A stretch of 63,983 nt of DNA, counting the filler, from Pelomyxa schiedti (Eukaryota > Protista > Evosea): NCBI GenBank assembly GCA_020536535.1. It is 7 parts of 7 records of this genome, joined end to end, with 100 filler letters (N's around TTAATTAATTAA, not from the genome) between each part and the next. Parts side by side here need not be neighbours in the genome. Positions count along the whole stretch, not along the records: positions 31,212 to 45,134 come from JAHLWZ010001180.1; positions 45,235 to 50,148 come from JAHLWZ010001545.1; positions 50,249 to 57,057 come from JAHLWZ010001394.1; 4 more parts are not named here. One strand, written 5' to 3'. The notes below the pieces were generated by a model. It searched no databases. It saw only the letters and a list, made by a program, of their open reading frames with translations, and had not been told where the DNA came from. Position numbers and translations under genes: made by a program. Below, one piece after another: positions 40,765-51,703 of this stretch (position 1 is the stretch's first letter; each line of letters begins with the position of its first letter).

Positions 40765-43198
40765 CGATTCTGGTGTGTGGGAGATTCCGTACTGAAAAAG
40801 ATGGTTTCTTCTTGCTTCCCCGGTTGCTGTGGTTTCATAAGATATCGTTATCTGTACGATTGTAGTGTGTAAGTTAAATAATGAGGAGTTGTTTGTGTGG
40901 TACTAGCATAAAACCAACCTCTGTCCCTTGTGGGATGTCCTCCTGTGCCACAATCAGAATTAAATCACCTTCCTTCTCCACATTGAATGCACACTGTGAA
41001 TTGGGGGTGCAACTGTGATTGATGAACGAGACTGTGTTGTACAGTGCGTGACCTGCTGCCCCACCCATAATGCCGATAGTGTTCACCTCCAAAATGGACA
41101 TCAGCTGAACGTACCACTGGAAATTGAATGCATCTTTTCAAGTAGTGGTTGAGTGTGTTATCCATACTGGGGAAAACACACCTAAAAATTCTAAACTGAA
41201 CGCCTCCCGGAGTGCGAGGTAAGAGTTCCAATATGGATCGAGGCACACAATTCTTGGAAGAGGATGACAGGACAAGTGATGTAGAAAGCCAAATTCCAGG
41301 GTGCTTGGCACCAAACCATTTTTCCATTCGTCACTTTTTTTGGATCAGAAACTCTTTGTTTTTGTTGTGGGAGGGTAATTTACCTGGACAAAATCATGGC
41401 AATGATTCGGGCAACAAGCATCACCAGCGGACATGTTCCGATGTCCTGAATCACCGCTTAATCAAAAGGGGAACCAAGTAAGTGCACTTGACCCACCTGA
41501 TTGGACATAGCTTCCTGCAATTTGGACAGATGTTTGCTGCAATGACACATTGCTTGGTGGTATTTATGCCGGGCTTCGCTCCTACATGTTTCACTGCAGT
41601 ATGCTTCACCACATTTTGCACAGACACAGGGAGAGCAGATTGTACGCATACAATGGGCACACATGCCTTTCTAAAGTTAATAAGAACTTTACAGTCAAAA
41701 AAAAAAAAGCTCCTCAACCAAGAAAGGCACGCTCGCAGCAGGTGTTTCCATCAATATTACTGATCCACAGGGTATATCACAAGCAGCAAACAATCCTCTC
41801 CCCATATCTTCTGTCATCTTGATTGTCACTTGTTTTCCAGTTGTGAGTAGTTGTGACCACCGTTCGTTCTGTTATTGTTTATTACCTCACAGGTATACAA
41901 GTGGAAGCCATAACAGTGTTTCAGGTTATACATACCACGGTAATATCATTCATGTACTTTTGTGATCTAAATGAAGATAGTGGCAACTGTGTGTACAGCT
42001 GCATGCTGGCAATTATTTCCGTTTTTCTTATCTGTGGACAATCTGCTTCTATATCGACGCTGACTGAATAATCCGACTGGAGAGTTGTGAATAGGAGAGC
42101 AAGGTTTTTCCCCACCCAACAAACCGAATTAGTCAGATTGAATGGAGTAGGTGGCGGAGATTTGATTCCAGCCTTACGGAGTTGCTTCCGTAAGGTGATT
42201 CCCTTGGAGGCATTTCCAAGCAACTCATATACTTGAGCCATAAAACCCAGACCCTTTTTAGGTTGTTCTGATGTGAGTGGACCCCCATAACATAGTTATG
42301 AAAGCCAGTACCAAAAGTGCAGTTTCAGGATTACGAGATAAATCAAAAGCATCTTGAAATGCCAGGCACAGCATATACCCTGCTGGTACAGTGACACCCA
42401 GACCACAGCATGATATGCCAATTTCTATGGGGGCTGATGTGATTGTTATTGGCTCATGCCCCAGTACCGCTGATAAGATGGACCGGCAGCGGCGCTCTTT
42501 CAGTACAAGATTGATGGGATCATATCTACACACTGAGAAGAAATTACCAGTTGTGGAATCCACATGCTCCAGGAACAACACACAAGCAACAACGAGCCCC
42601 AGTTGATTGAGCGGCAGAAATAGAATCACACACCATTTGAACATATCACGCAATCAGTCCGATCTCTCGATCCCTTATCGCCCTCCTCACAGCGCGTCCT
42701 TCCCACAATTCCACTTGTGCCGCCCACGTGGGGGCCGCCAATGCCTGCTCCGTCACCGCCGCCAAGAGCCAAAGCAGCGGCTTTTTCAAACCCCTGCAGC
42801 ACCGCTGCCCTGCCGCGGCCGCCGCCATCGACGAATTCCGCGAAGCACCCCGCGACGATCCTGTCGGCCGCGCGCCTCGTCGTTCTAGTGCCCACAGTCG
42901 TCGTAATAGTAGTCCGCCACGCCGGGGTGGTTGCACTATTCCCGTCACTAGACGAAACAACACTCGCGGCAGCGGTGGGCGGGCTAGTAGTCGTCGTAGG
43001 AGCTGTTGCGGCGGAGACAATTGTGGGATACGCGGGCAAAGTCTCATGGCAGTCTTCTTCCTCCCTTGGGTCTTCAGGGATTACGTCTTCGTCGCTGGAC
43101 GACAGCGGTATTTCGTCTTCGTTTTCACTCCCCTCATCGTCGTCTCCCATTAGCCACTGTTCTATCGGCAACCCACTCTCGCCCTCAACGCCACTCAT
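40700..43198 (-). CDS. SET and MYND domain (SMYD-like) protein with helical N-terminal region; 3' end uncertain
   Basis: MYND finger CAHC..CAKC..YCSETC..HKYHQAMC, SFINHSCTPN, AQEDIPQGTE|ITISY. Confidence 0.85.
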
Positions 43199-43485
43199 TG
43201 CCAAGAAAGTCAAATTCCCAGAAAACCGATTAATTCGAATCGATGAAGTTGCGAAGTGTAGTAGTCGACGGTCTTCTAAGGAATAAAGTGGGATAACTTT
43301 GGGGGGTCTCTATTATTCTTCGTTGACTCTTGGGCCAGGTTGGGTCCTCAGTCTAGAGTATAGTCATAGTGGGTGTGCCCACAGAAGTCCAACAAAACAC
43401 CAAATGACTTTGCAATGCACAAGGGCACAAACTAGGACTTATTATTTAGGAACTGTGTACTTCCACAAGTACACGAACTCGGCCT

Positions 43486-43730
43486 TGTGAGGCTCTAAAG
43501 TCTGGTGTGCTTTAGTGGGATTGGAGAAACTGCCGAATCTGAACTATTACCAGAATGAGACAGCAAAGGTAATGATCAGCACACAGCGCAGCTGGGTGCA
43601 CAAATACAGCAACAACAACGTGGCAGGCGGTTTTGATTACATGCACACTGGTCTGAGAATCCATTTGAACATCACAGCCTTTTAACCCAATCACACAACC
43701 ACTCTGCAAGATTTTACACACTCCCTTTTT
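43486..43730 (-). mobile_element. Probable 3' LTR with polypurine tract of a minus-strand LTR element
   Basis: On the minus strand, purine tract AAAAAGGGAG immediately precedes TGTGTA...; the segment ends ...CCTCACA (TG..CA termini, about 235 bp). No partner LTR on this contig. Confidence 0.5.
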
Positions 43731-45234
43731 ATCCCTTTACAACAACAACGAGAACAAACAAGAGAACCCTTTATTCTCTTCACTCTCAGTTTCTTCCTCT
43801 GTGGGGCTTATTCTCAAGCCCACAGAAACTAACAGAACTCATGTGCCCAGCCACTCCTGCCAATTTCAAGTAAGTGTAATTGTGTATTAATAGGTCTATG
43901 GAGAAATAGAGTCTTTAGTGAATTTAATTTTTGGGTAAAAAGCAGGAAATGAAACCAAACTCAAACCATATGCTCATATTCTTGTTTTCCATCTCAATCA
44001 ACACAGCAAGGTTCATTGGAAAGATAATGCCTGTCCATGACTGTAACCAGTAAATACACCAAGAGTATATAGTACAGTGGTGATCATGTGTAAAAGGAGG
44101 ATTGACACACAACCTGTTGTATATATATTTGTCAGTGACAATGAGACAAGTTTTGGTGGAACCACTGTGTCAGGACTGTACATTGGATAGAGCAACAATT
44201 TTTGACTGATTTTGTGATACTTTGAGAGTACAGGAAGTTACTTACATAGTATCACGAAACAAGTCAAAAATTGTTGCCATCCAATGTACAGTCTTGACAC
44301 AGTCATTCCACCAAAACTTGTCTCATTGCCACCAACAAATATACAGGTTTACACACAATCTCCACCATACTATATACTCTCCTTCCCATCCCTCAGTCTG
44401 TCACACATAGCAACCTCAGTATCACACCACCACACCACACTCTAGACACTCTACAACAATGCACAGTGCAACACAGCACCCATGTAAGATCTGCCTTGTG
44501 TTGTGGTATCGTCTCTGCTACCATCTCCGCTGTCGTTGTTGTTTTTTTTGTAATCATGGTGTGGCGAGTGCCTTGCGACACCTCGAGGTGTGAGGTGTAA
44601 ATTAACTTTGTGTGGTTCCGGCAAAACCAAAAAAAAAAGAAAATTAGAATTTTAGATTTTCGCCTGATGGGAAGTTCCCAGGGTCTGAGGAACCAATCAC
44701 CAATCTGAACTGGAGTACCAGGACGGAATCTGAAGTGGAGGACGGACTCTATTGGTTGCCAAAGGGCCTCCCTCGGGGTCCCTGGACGACAACGGCGAAG
44801 TGATACTCCCCGAAAAATGAGCACCAGACACGAGTGGGACAGCCAAGACTTCGAGTTTGCGGTATTTGATTTTCCACTTTATCACGTTCACCGTGTGTTA
44901 TTTCGTACAACGAACGCGTCTTAATTGGGCGCCCTTGTTTGACTATCTCAGGCAATGCCTGTTGAGTGGTGACGTATCAATGTGTGTGACTATATCCACC
45001 TGAGAACTGTGCAGTGTTGGAAGTGACTGCTGCTTAGATGTGAATGATTGATTACCCGAAGCTGGCGGTGGCACTGCCTATTTCGATTCTGTGACAATTT
45101 TCGATTTAAGATATGGTACCTTCTGGCAAAATCCNNNNNNNNNNNNNNNNNNNNNNNNNNNNNNNNNNNNNNNNNNNNTTAATTAATTAANNNNNNNNNN
45201 NNNNNNNNNNNNNNNNNNNNNNNNNNNNNNNNNN

Positions 45235-45873
45235 ACCACCTCCACAACGGACTCTCTCCAGCCCACCACCCATTCGCAGGATCACAATGCCGCCCAGAAG
45301 AGGATGCCAGAGAACCGCCCACTTGGTGCCCCTGCACACCCGCGTCTCTGGGCAAAATCCCAGCTGCGAGCTCGTCGGAATCTCCGCCACGTTCCTCGCA
45401 ACAGCCCCACCAGCCAGCAGATTCGCGATCGCAAGCGCGCTGCGGCTGCCGGAACTGGCCCTGTTGGTCTCGCAGTCATTCACCACGGCGCCGCCGTGCC
45501 CAAACCACACTATCGCGTTGAAGTACGCCCTCGACTCGCAGTCGTCGCCGCCGCCTGGCCCGCACCACGTCCCCCGCTCGACGACGCCCAAGGTGTGTGA
45601 CACGCCGACGAACACGATGTGGTACGTGGTGGTGGTGGCGGCGTCGGATGCGGCGGGGGTGGTGGTGGAGTGACCCCTGGTCACGGCCCTCCTGTCGACG
45701 TGCATCACCCACTTGGCCCCTATTTCGTGGGCGATGACAGCGGCAGGGAGCACCCTCGCTGGGCTGCGCGCTCGACAACGGCAATGCGGAGTGGCCACGG
45801 TGCTGGAAAGCAGGGCAACGAGTTGGTCGCGTGCAAGAAGAGGTACACCATCGTGTGTTGCCGTAATCATCAA
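45235..45873 (-). CDS. Hypothetical lineage-specific family protein (partial), related to the gene at 6873-8063
   Basis: ARDQLVALLSS..CRARSPARVL..W..VGVSHTLGV matches CRDQFCAFMASS..CGTRSASRL..W..FGVSQVTLGI. Truncated at the contig edge. Confidence 0.65.
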
Positions 45874-46375
45874 AGTTTTTGCACCCGAAAACCTCAGAGC
45901 CCCTTTTGATCTGGTTTGTTGGCTGATCGGGGCACCTCCCCTCCCTGCTTTTCCTTGTTGATGGAACCATCAACAAACACAGCTGCGTTTTACGGATCCA
46001 CAGCCAGCCGCCAAGCACCCCTGTGCACAGGTTTGCCACACCATGTTAGCGCCTGCAGTTGTAGTAGCCCCCCCATAATGGAAAAATTTCCTTATTTTTT
46101 TTTTTTGCAGTGGTTGGTGCAACCCGTTCACTTGTTCTCTTGCTTTCTGGTTGAAATGATGAACTTACCCTTGTGACACATTGAAGTATGGTCAAACCTC
46201 ACCACTTTCAATGAAAGAAGTCAGTGCATCACATTTTCCTTTTATATATTGAATTTGTCACTTATTTGAACTCCTCATTAATTCCCTTTCGCTTTGTTTA
46301 TATTTTCCTTGTATTTATTGAATTAATAGATTCTATCTGCTGCAGCGCTTAATAACCTTTTAAAACGAAAATTCG

Positions 46376-46860
46376 GAAGCAATAAAACTATGAAGGCAAA
46401 CGAAATAAAATAAACTAATTGAAAATTGAAGTGAAAATAAGATTCTCGTGAATCTACGTAGATTTGAATTTGATCCAGTGATTTTTCCCGAGCTTCAATA
46501 CGGGTTTGCAGGATTCCCGCGCTTTACTGGAACGCTTGTTTGGTGTGTTGTATGTATGATTCTCATGATTTCCGCGTTAATGTAATTGCAAAGTGCATGC
46601 ATTGCTGGTATTGCCGAAGCTAATAAAACGATGAAGGCAAACGAAAGGAAGGAACTAATTGAAAATTGAAGTGAAAATAAGATCCTCATGTTACGTAGAT
46701 GTGAATTTGATTCAGTGATTTTACCTGAGCTTCAAATATGGGTTTGCAGTATTCCCCCGCTGTACGAGAACAAGCGCTTGTTTGGTGTTGTACGTATGAC
46801 TCTCATGATTTCCATGCTAATGTCATTGCAGAGTGCATGGCAGTGCCGGAAATGACCCGC
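46376..46860. repeat. Two-copy tandem repeat, unit about 240 bp, diverged
   Basis: GAAGC(T)AATAAAAC..GAAGGCAAACGAAA..AACTAATTGAAAATTGAAGTGAAAATAAGAT..GGGTTTGCAG..GTGCATG occurs starting at about 46376 and again at about 46616. Confidence 0.9.
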
Positions 46861-46964
46861 TTCAGTGCTGATAATATCCGGTTCTGTCCCGGCTGAGTAT
46901 GCATGCCATTCCACTCACTCTCTGGACTGAGAAGATGAGGCAGAGAGCATGAATGAGTGTTCTT

Positions 46965-47025
46965 TTTGTTGTTGTAGTTGTCGTTGTTGCTGTCGTTGTT
47001 GTTGTTGTTGTTGTTGTCGTTGTTG
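46965..47025 (+). repeat. (GTT)n microsatellite
   Basis: Imperfect GTT/GTC run. Confidence 0.85.
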
Positions 47026-47097
47026 CCGCAATGCTTGGCGTTGGTTGCCCAACGGTTGTTTCTTGTTGCATCATCAATCCATTTCACCAGCACCGTC

Positions 47098-49177
47098 ATG
47101 GCAGCTGCAACCAACCAACGAGTGGGTGCTGCGACCATGGTTGTCGACGACACCTCAGCGGTGCCTGGTGGTGGCCCAACATACACTGGTCGGCTGGTCG
47201 GTGGCAAACCCGACGGGCCGAGGTGTACAAGTGGCCCGATGGCGACACCCGCGAGGGAGAGTGGCTCAACAACAAGAGGGATGGGTGGGGTGTGGAACAC
47301 TGGGCTGATGGCAGCTGGTTCGAGGGGCTGTGGAGGGACGACCACTGGAAAAGGGGAACGTGCTACCACAGCAACGGTGTGGATGTGTGGGATGGCGAGT
47401 GGGTGTGGAACGCAACAACAAATTTACATGACATGCAGGGGTGGGGTGTGCAAAGGAGGACGACAACCAAGGGGGGGGCCACAGTAAAAATGGTGGTCAC
47501 GGTGTATGAGGGTGAGTGGGACAGGGACAAGTGGCACGGTGTGGGAACGTGGGTGTCACCTGATGGCTCGGGTGACATCTACCATGGTCAGTTTGACCAC
47601 GGCAAGAAATGTGGAACAGGGAGTATCCTGTTTGGTGCTGGAGGAGGGAGTTATGTTGGTGAGTGGAAGGCTGACGTGTTCCATGGTCGGGGTGCGAGGC
47701 TGTGGGCAAACGGTGACAGGTATGATGGCCAGTGGGTGCAGGGGAAGGAGCATGGTGAAGGAACAAAGACGTGGAGCAGGGATGGCTCGTCGTTCACTGG
47801 GTTGTGGGAGGGTGGTGTTCCAACAAAGGGGATGAGGAGGTGGCCAAACGGTGACATGTTTGAAGGCACATTCACACAAGTGCCCCAGGAGGGTGGTGGA
47901 AGCAATTGTGAGTTCCATGGGGAGGGTGCACTGACACTATCCAAGCGGCCATCTGGGGGTGTTGGCATGCTGAAGGGAACTCTCCACAACAACCTCTTTC
48001 AAGGTGTAAGTGCAGGAGTCCAACATCAAATGGGATCATCACTTCCACAATTTGAACACAATGAACAGATCAAGGTGTGTAGTTCCTTTTGAACTTGGCT
48101 GGTGGGGTTGTGGCTGCTTGGCTCACAAATAAAATACAATACAGAAACTGAAAAAAGACCACAACAAAGAGAAAAGCGATCTTGAGGCAAAACTGAAAGA
48201 AGAAATGAGAGCAGCCAAAGAACACTGGGAAGTGTGTGCTGTGTCTCTTACTCTCTCTCTCTCTTTACAATCCAATTCATTGCTTCTGACACATGTTCCT
48301 TTCCCACTTAAAGCAAGTCACAGAAAGAAATAATGAACAGCACAGTGAGCAAATCAACCAAGTGAAGAAAAACCTCCAACAACTGCAAGAGAAACTACAA
48401 AAAACCCAAGAAGAAGAAAATGATGAAAGGAAGTCAGTTCTTGCCAGCCATCCTGAACTGAGGGAAGCTTTTGAATCAGCAAAGTTGCTCCAGTCTCAGT
48501 TGGTGACTTTCGCATCAGAGTTCGTCCTGCTTGATGAATCAGTGAAAAAGCTGAATGACAGTCTCCAGAGAGCAACAGAATCCAACGAGGAACTGGCATC
48601 GCACCTGACGAAACTCACTGAACGGAAAGGCGCACTGGTGATGAAACTGAACAAATCAGATTCTTCATGCAAGAAGCTCCTTGGGCAGACACTGATGGTG
48701 CAAAACAGCAAGCCTGAGATCCAGGAGTGTGCCAGGAACATCTCAACACTCACAAAAAAGGTTTTGGGAATCAAGTCCTCTGCCACTTCAACGTACACTG
48801 TTCCGAAAGAAGAAGGTAAAAAAACACTCATTATCTGTTGACTTGACAAACAAAATAAAACAACACAGAGAGTGATGATGGTGACACAGTGGATGACATT
48901 CTGATGAAACCTCTTCTACAGCTTCAACGTGATAATACATTCACACCACCATTCCAATTGCTGCGCACTCTCTCAGACACACTCGCACAACTCCAGAGGT
49001 GCCAGTTTGCAGAGTGCACAAAGCTCGCTGACAAACACACAGTGCTGTCAAAGGAGCTGTCTGAGCAGGTTTCAATTGGAGGCACACTCCACAAGGCCAT
49101 CGAGGACACACAGAGAGAATGTTCAGAGCTTCAGAGGGAACACAATGGCAAGTGGAAGCTTCAGCGAGGGTTGGAGG
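47098..49177 (+). pseudogene. MORN - coiled coil -(RING) gene, disrupted copy
   Basis: Near-identical to 60732-62822 but has a frameshift at about 47220 (GGKPDG and VYKWPDG lie in different frames) and is cut at 49177 by an LTR insertion. Confidence 0.85.
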
Positions 49178-50148
49178 TGTAGGCCGTTTCAGAACCCACA
49201 TCCAGCAGACCTAAATCACACTCACCCAAACCGGACCAGATCGGCTATAGTTCTATCAGCAGTCGCAGTGACATCACCACACACACTGTTTAGAACTATC
49301 CTAAAGGATTAGAAGTTATAGATATAATAGAGAACACTTTTGTTCGCTTGCCGACTTTCGTTTCGGACATCCACAAGGGCTTGTCTTACACGTGGTGGAG
49401 TGCTTAAATCGATCCCTATGCCTATTACACCCAAGAACAGCGGGAACGCCCGCACTAACGCCGCAGAGAGCAAAGCAGCGGCAAGAGTATCTGCCAAGAA
49501 AAAGAAGAGTCGCCGCAATGCCCTTGATTCGGCCACACCACCAGGCAAGGCTGTAATGGAAACAGGTGCCAGGGCAGACGACACCGCACTGAGCGACCGC
49601 ACACTGAGTAGGGCCACACAAGAGAAAACACCCAGTGCAAGCAGTGTTTCCAAGGAGGTGCGACATCCTACGGGGGCCACACCAACCACCCACAAGGAAG
49701 GGGACCGTACGGACGCAGCCGACTTGTCACTCATGCAACGGTTCAACTGATGCGGCCTGAGCACCTGCTCATATGGCTGGAAGACTTCCACAACCTCACC
49801 AGGAACCGGTGGCTGACGACTGCACGGACCAATCAACTGTTTCGTAGCTTGATAAAAGGGGTGGCAGCACCATGGGCCAATGAAATACCCGATGATGCCT
49901 ACCCTCCCAGCGTGCTGGAAAGCTGCCACAACCACTTCATTGGGGAGGCTGGCATGGAGAGACTGCGACGGGACGTGGCCGAAACTAGGCAATCACCATC
50001 AGAGTCGGTGTCCACCTACATCAGGAACATATCTGGATCAATGGGCGGTGATTTTTTTTCCCGATCAAGTTCCTGTAAACGGCTCTGCCCCGTTTTTTTG
50101 GGCGGTGATCCAGTCAAAAAGCTGTGAAAAATCACTGCCCGGGGCGGT
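49178..50148 (+). mobile_element. 5' end of an LTR retrotransposon: LTR 49178-49390, PBS at about 49393, degenerate gag
   Basis: LTR TGTAGGCC...GTCTTACA (imperfect terminal inverted repeat); PBS TGGTGGAGTGC..ATCGATCCC; gag-like LIWLEDF..GVAAPW..RQSPSESVSTY in a shifted frame. Confidence 0.85.
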
Positions 50149-51255
50149 NNNNNNNNNNNNNNNNNNNNNNNNNNNNNNNNNNNNNNNNNNNNTTAATTAA
50201 TTAANNNNNNNNNNNNNNNNNNNNNNNNNNNNNNNNNNNNNNNNNNNNTTGTGATCTCGTTGAAACGGAGATCTTATAGACGCTACACAGGGGAATGGTG
50301 CCAAAGGTGTCAAGATTAGCTTTGGTGAATCTCTTTTGATCGCGGGATCACGAGCTACCGAGAACAAGCTATTGTAAGACCTGTCTTACATCGGATTCTG
50401 ATTTCGGTGAATGGTTTTTTTGTTTGGTGATGTTGACCGGCAACCACCTTGGTTCTGCTCCTTCTGAACCACGACTGCAACCCACAATTGTGGTGCACCT
50501 GAGTGCACGAAAGCAGTTCATGGGGCTGGCAATGTCGTTGCACCCGCTGCGGCGCGTGCAGCCCAGCCCACGTCATAACCGCGCAGCCAGCCCTCCTCAA
50601 CCAATTGTGGGATCACATGGTGGCTGGGTTTGCAGCCAAAAGGACCTTTGGTGTTGTTGTGTCCAAATCATCAAGGTGTCACTTCCAACTGAGTACCAGC
50701 TGTGGAACGCAAGCCACACGGCAGGCCCACTGAGTATCTTTGCAATTGGCAGTGCATGTGTTGTCAAAGCAGAGTGTGGGTTGTTGTTTCACCAACAACA
50801 ATACCCAACAACCAATGAGAGTTCAGGAGGGCAAGGCCCAACAGTTCTGAACGTGACTGACGCACAACAGACCACCACAGTGATCCTCTCCATTGCAAAT
50901 ATCCCTCAAAACTCCACATTTACCATCACAGCTTTGTGTCGGTAAACCCTCTCACCCAAAAATGGTTCACTTTGTTCACACCTTTTTTACTTCTTTCCAT
51001 TTAGCAGTTTATGTTTTGTGTAAATATCACATGGTGGGGCACAAGCAGCTGCCGTTGATAGTCCTTGAGCCATTGGCTCAGCTGTGTTGAAAAGTACTCT
51101 GGACCATGTGGCTGTTAGAACCTTCTAGAACAAGTGTCCTTTTAAGCCAGGCTCAAACCCACCCAACAACAAACAAAAGTAAAAAGCAATAAGAACACAT
51201 CAACACTACACAAGAATAACCAAAACATTATCATTATTAAATTTCTTGTTACACA

Positions 51256-51703
51256 AAAGCACACAAATTGGTGGAGGCATTTGTGGGTTTCATCTTCAAG
51301 CCATGGGAGACGAAGGAGACAGCTATGAGGCACCAAAGACATCCAACAAGGCACTCACAGATGCTCTGGAAAAGCTGAACAACACCACTCTTGAAGTGGC
51401 TCACTCGATTCCAGGACAGGGCCAGCAGTGAGGACTGGAATGATGACGAGGCCATCTCTATAGCAACCCACTGGCTGGCATCAGTTGATTCGGAAGGGAA
51501 GTCATTCAAGGAGTTACTCCAGCACAAGTTAATCTTCTTCTTTGCCACTTGTGGGGCAAGAGAGGTGGCCAAGGTGTCATTCAGCTTTTCCAGAGCATCT
51601 GTGAGTGCCTTGTTGGATGTCTTTGGTGCCTCATAGCTGTCTCTTTCGTCTCCTATGGCTTAAAGATGAAACCCACAAATGCCTCCACCAATTTGTGTGC
51701 TTT
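51256..51703. repeat. Inverted repeat of about 130 bp (arms 51256-51386 and 51573-51703)
   Basis: Arm 2 is the reverse complement of arm 1 with several substitutions. The ORF track shows the same peptide (IQLFQSICECLVGCLWCL) on opposite strands. Confidence 0.92.

Noticed and set aside
50424-50945. 173-aa ORF upstream of the chromovirus
   Set aside because: No recognisable domain or clear gene structure; it may be a gene fragment but cannot be supported.
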